In this document: piece by piece, positions 59,916 to 64,000 of the stretch
Layout: each line of letters opens with the position of its first letter
How positions within the stretch are numbered: position 1 is the stretch's first letter
Assembly (NCBI RefSeq): GCF_964204645.1
Contig: NC_134025.1
Coordinates: 30,670,299-30,734,298 of the forward strand
Direction: 5' to 3'
DNA length: 64,000 bases
Source of the DNA: Tubulanus polymorphus
Taxonomy: Eukaryota > Animalia > Nemertea
Translations under genes and position numbers: made by a program
The notes under the pieces: generated by a model
What the model was told of the DNA's origin: nothing
What the model saw: the letters and a program-made list of their open reading frames with translations, nothing else
Databases searched by the model: none

Positions 59916-62900
59916 TTATTGTCGAAATGCTGCTAATTCGGTTTCATATTGCATTTGCGTCACTTGTGCCAAATCGTTGAAATGTTCCTAAGAATTAAAC
60001 AAACATCATGAATAAATAATTATTTTCACTAGAGCTGACCAGTGGGGGGAGGGGGGATGGCTCAATGACACTACTCACCTCCATAACTGATTTGTGTTGA
60101 ATTAACATTTCAGTTATTTTTTGTAAGAATTCTTGCCAATCTTTCTTTTTCTTTGCTGCAATTTCTAAGTGCTGTTGTCCCCTATAGAATATAATTGTGA
60201 CATCATTAAGCAGACCGATGCAATCCGTAGCGCATTTGAATAACTGAGTTAATGAGTAAAACTTACAGTTTTAATTTTTCCATGAATGAATTTTTGATGT
60301 CTGTGACACCTGTTTGTGACATTCGTGCTTCAGATAACTGAGATTCATACGAATCAACCTCTTCTAATATAGTTTTATATTCTGTTGCTTGTGTCTAGAT
60401 CAATAATAAAATAACACCAGTTAGCTATACTGCTATCTGTACCCCCTCAGCCAATCAGCTGTTTGCACCCCTCAGCCAATCTGCTGTCTGTACCCTCTCA
60501 GCCAATCTGCTGTCTGTACCCTCTCAGCCAATCTGCTGTCTGTACCCTCCAGACATACCGGTGTATATACCCCCTCAGCCAATCTGCTGTCTGTACCCCC
60601 TCAGCCAATCTGCTGTATATACCCCCTCAGCCAATCTGCTGTCTGTACCCTCTCGATCAACCAATCAGCTGTTTGCATCCCTCAGCCAATCTGCTGTCTG
60701 TACCCTCTCAACCAATCAGCTGTTTGCATCCCTCAGACAATCTGCTGTCTGTACCCCTCAGACAATCTGCTGTCTGTACCCTTCAGACAATCTGCTGTCT
60801 GTACCCCTCAGACAATCTGCTGTCTGTACCCTTCAGACAATCTGCTGTCTGTACCCTCTCAACCAATCTGCTGTTTGCACCCCTCAGCCAATCTGCTATC
60901 TGTACCCCCTCAGCCAATCAGCTGTTTGCACCCCTCAGCCAATCTGCTGTCTGTACCCTCTCAGCCAATCTGCTGTCTGTACCCCCTCAGCCAATCTGCT
61001 GTCTGTACCCCCTCAGCCAATCTGCTGTATATACCCCCTCAGCCAATCTGCTGTCTGTACCCTCTCGATCAACCAATCAGCTGTTTGCATCCCTCAGCCA
61101 ATCTGCTGTCTGTACCCTCTCAACCAATCAGCTGTTTGCATCCCTCAGACAATCTGCTGTCTGTACCCCTCAGACAATCTGCTGTCTGTACCCTTCAGAC
61201 AATCTGCTGTCTGTACCCCTCAGACAATCTGCTGTCTGTACCCTTCAGACAATCTGCTGTCTGTACCCTCTCAACCAATCTGCTGTTTGCACCCTCTCAA
61301 CCAATCTGTAGTCTTTACCCTGCATTCCCTTAGACAAACACCAACTGCTGTCTGCTACAGTGCACAGACTATCCTTACAGACTCAAATCTCTCTCTCACC
61401 TCTTTCTTCCATCCTAATTCATCTGTTAATCGTTTCACTTTATTTTCCAACATTTTGATGTCTTGTTCTTGTTCATCGCACAATTGTTGTAACTACAAAT
61501 AAACAGAGAACATTACAAATATAACACTAAACCTGTACTTATGCTGTATGAACCCTGTCAAACAGTTTTCATATTACCTCTTGAATACTCTGTTTTTCAA
61601 TCTTGGAATTAGCCTTCAATTTGAGAACGTCACTATTCTTTTCTTCGACGAGTTTCCTTAATTCAATCTACAACAGAAAACGATTTCAAATATTACACAT
61701 ACCTTTAATCAATGAAATTCCATGGACGCTTTGAGAATTCAAGAAATCACTTCATCAAAACTGACCTTCATTTCAGAACATCCACTACTCTGAAGAGATT
61801 CTAGAATCGGAGTCGCTATTTCAGGAGCAGCTACTTTCACTTTTGTAAAAACTTGACTTAACGAACTGAAAACTTTCTCTACCTAAAAAAATAATCGATT
61901 GATTTTCAAATAATCTTCAAACCTTAAACTAGTATACAGCATTAAAACCTCACGATCCAACTCTAACAGACTATTTCAGCAAAAAATTACATTCTGATTT
62001 TAAACGTTTTCCCAATCCTAAACTTGGACTTATTTTGCCACTCCACGTTTGTCAGAGAAAGTTTTGTGGGCTAGTAAATAATTCAGGACATCGTACCTTT
62101 TCCTGCAGTTTTCCTATTTCCATTTCCAGATTCCATTTTCTTTTCTCAAAATCAAGAGTTTCCTCTTCAACCATACGAAGCTGTCTCGATAATTCATTTC
62201 GAGACATATTGATTCGTTTAATTTCCTCTTGTGACAAATCTTGCGTATCGTAAATCTTCTGCATTTCATCTTTTTCTTGCATTGCTCTAACTAATTCCAT
62301 TTCTAAACACGATTCAAAAAGAGAGTTGATAAATTCAAACCTTCAGTGTTATATAGAAATATTATGTGGTGCAGGGGTCACGTAGAGAGCGTGGATGCCA
62401 TGATCTACATATTTTGAGTGAAATAAAAGCGGTTACGTACCAATGTTTTCCTTTTTAATGCACAAATCGCTGAATTCTTTATCTTTTTCAAACTTTCTTC
62501 TATTGAGCTCTTCAGTCTGGTCGGTCAGTTGTTTGAATTCGATTTGGTATTTATTTCGCGTGGCCGTCATATATTCAAGATTATCCTGAAACATATTGAA
62601 AATTATTAACTTGATCAGTTCAGCGGTCATTGTTTAAGTTTCTTTCTCTCTTGAAGTAAAATCAGTTCATTTTCTCCTCATTTACAAATAACCTGAGTTC
62701 TTTTTATTTTTCCGAGTTATAATACAAAATTCCCCGAGTGAATCTGCTGCAGGTGACGGGAGAAATTTCTTTACTCTTCACTAAAAATGTTTAATAGATA
62801 ATTAGATATTCAACTCACCGGTTCATTCTCAAGATTTTCTAACTCCTGTTTGAGTCGGACATTTTCGATTTGTAGCGATTTAAAGTTCATCGGGTTATCA

Positions 62901-63737
62901 TCGTGTAAACATTCTGTGAAAATAAAAACGATGAATTTTCAAGATACGCACAATAAACATTTAAATGGAAAAAATATAAACTTGAAACTGACCGAGTTTT
63001 TTCCTGTAAAGTTCATCTTCCTCGACAAATTCATCTTTTCCATCCATGAATGCCTTGTACGTATTGACGAAGTACTGATATCTAATCTACAATCATTCAA
63101 TAGATATCTATGAGGTGAATTAATATGAAGTCATTAAATTGACTGTAGAAATGATCTATGACTGATCTTGCAGTATAACCAACCCCCAGAGTTTATCTAA
63201 AAGTTGTTTTTTTACGAACCAGTTCTTCAGTTTCTGAATCGTCAAATTTATCATTTCTTGAGAACATCATTTTGTAAATATCGAATTGAAACGACGACTG
63301 AAATAAAAGTCAGAAAAATAAAATATTTTCTGTTGAACGATTGCAAATAAATGATAGAATAAAACAGAATGTATACTTACTTCAATGTAATCGACGAGCC
63401 AGGAAAGCGCGCCGAGGAGATGAGGCCAAACGTGAGGAGCTCCAACTGTAAATAACATGTTCTTTGATATAAGAAATGGATAACCGAGATCCTTTAGCAG
63501 ACGCGGTATCTGCTCTTCGTGTTTACTGTCTAGACGGAATTTAGCATCGACGATTTTCAACATGAACTGAAAAATAACAAAGAAGAAATAAATCATTAAT
63601 TGATTTCCTTCGATTTTCTATCATAGGATATTTGAACGTGTAATAAATACCTCGATGATATTGAGGAAATCTTTAGTTGTCGGAGAATGTAGGATCTTCA
63701 CGCTGAGTTTTTGCGTGTAACCTTTCTCTGAGAGAAA
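59916..63737 (-). CDS. NDC80: Kinetochore protein NDC80/HEC1; 5' end lies beyond the window
   Basis: CH domain SPTTKDFLNIIE|FMLKIVD...LKDLGYPFLISKNMLFTVGAPHVWPHLLGALSWL, followed by many coiled-coil exons. Terminal exon EHFNDLAQ...AAFRQ*. Confidence 0.93.
60430..61320. repeat. Intronic minisatellite, ~25-26-bp unit (ccctcagccaatctgctgtctgtac), >30 copies with higher-order duplication
   Basis: Directly visible. Explains the three repetitive ORFs at 60463-61502. Confidence 0.95.
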
Positions 63738-64000
63738 CTAAAAATGAATCAGATTGTAACGGAGAAAACTTTAATGACTGATCTGAAACAAACAGGAATT
63801 TGCAACACTAAACATTACTGGATAAAGTTTCCACAGGTCAATCTTTAGTTTGAATACAAAATGGAATTTGTTAATTTCCACTGTTTTAACCCTTGTGTCA
63901 AATTTCACCCAAGGAACTTTGGAACTTGGTATTAAGCAGTGTAGATGCGATCACCGAGTCGTTAACAATTACCATCAATAAAGAGTAAGAGAGTTAGATT

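Noticed and set aside
60463-61502. Three long Cys/Pro-rich ORFs
   Set aside because: Translations of an intronic minisatellite antisense to NDC80.

Overview
AT-rich, intron-rich animal genomic DNA, probably an invertebrate bilaterian and possibly a lophotrochozoan (an inference from the GPCR type and gene content). There is no sign of prokaryotic DNA or CRISPR. Genes read by splicing exons by hand, in order: (1) a jelly belly/HEN-1-like LDLa exon pair missed by the ORF track (+, 4218-4945; 5' part unresolved); (2) a complete 15-MRH-domain cation-independent mannose-6-phosphate receptor IGF2R (-, 30694 to 11076), with a coding (AGC)36 poly-Ser insert; (3) an intronless FMRFamide/chemoreceptor-like GPCR nested antisense in an IGF2R intron and bracketed by repeats; (4) its paralog just outside IGF2R, preceded by a 132-bp near-perfect inverted repeat whose loop holds an exact 28-nt copy of that GPCR's own coding start; (5) CNRIP1; (6) a single-exon secreted, probably GPI-anchored LRR protein; (7) REPS1/2 head-to-head with RBBP4/7; (8) the 3' part of NDC80. 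Introns and intergenic DNA contain many minisatellites, MITEs, a SINE relic, a LINE relic and a foldback family with a hammerhead-like core. Coordinates were counted by hand and may be off by a few bases. Family assignments are from memory, not database searches.
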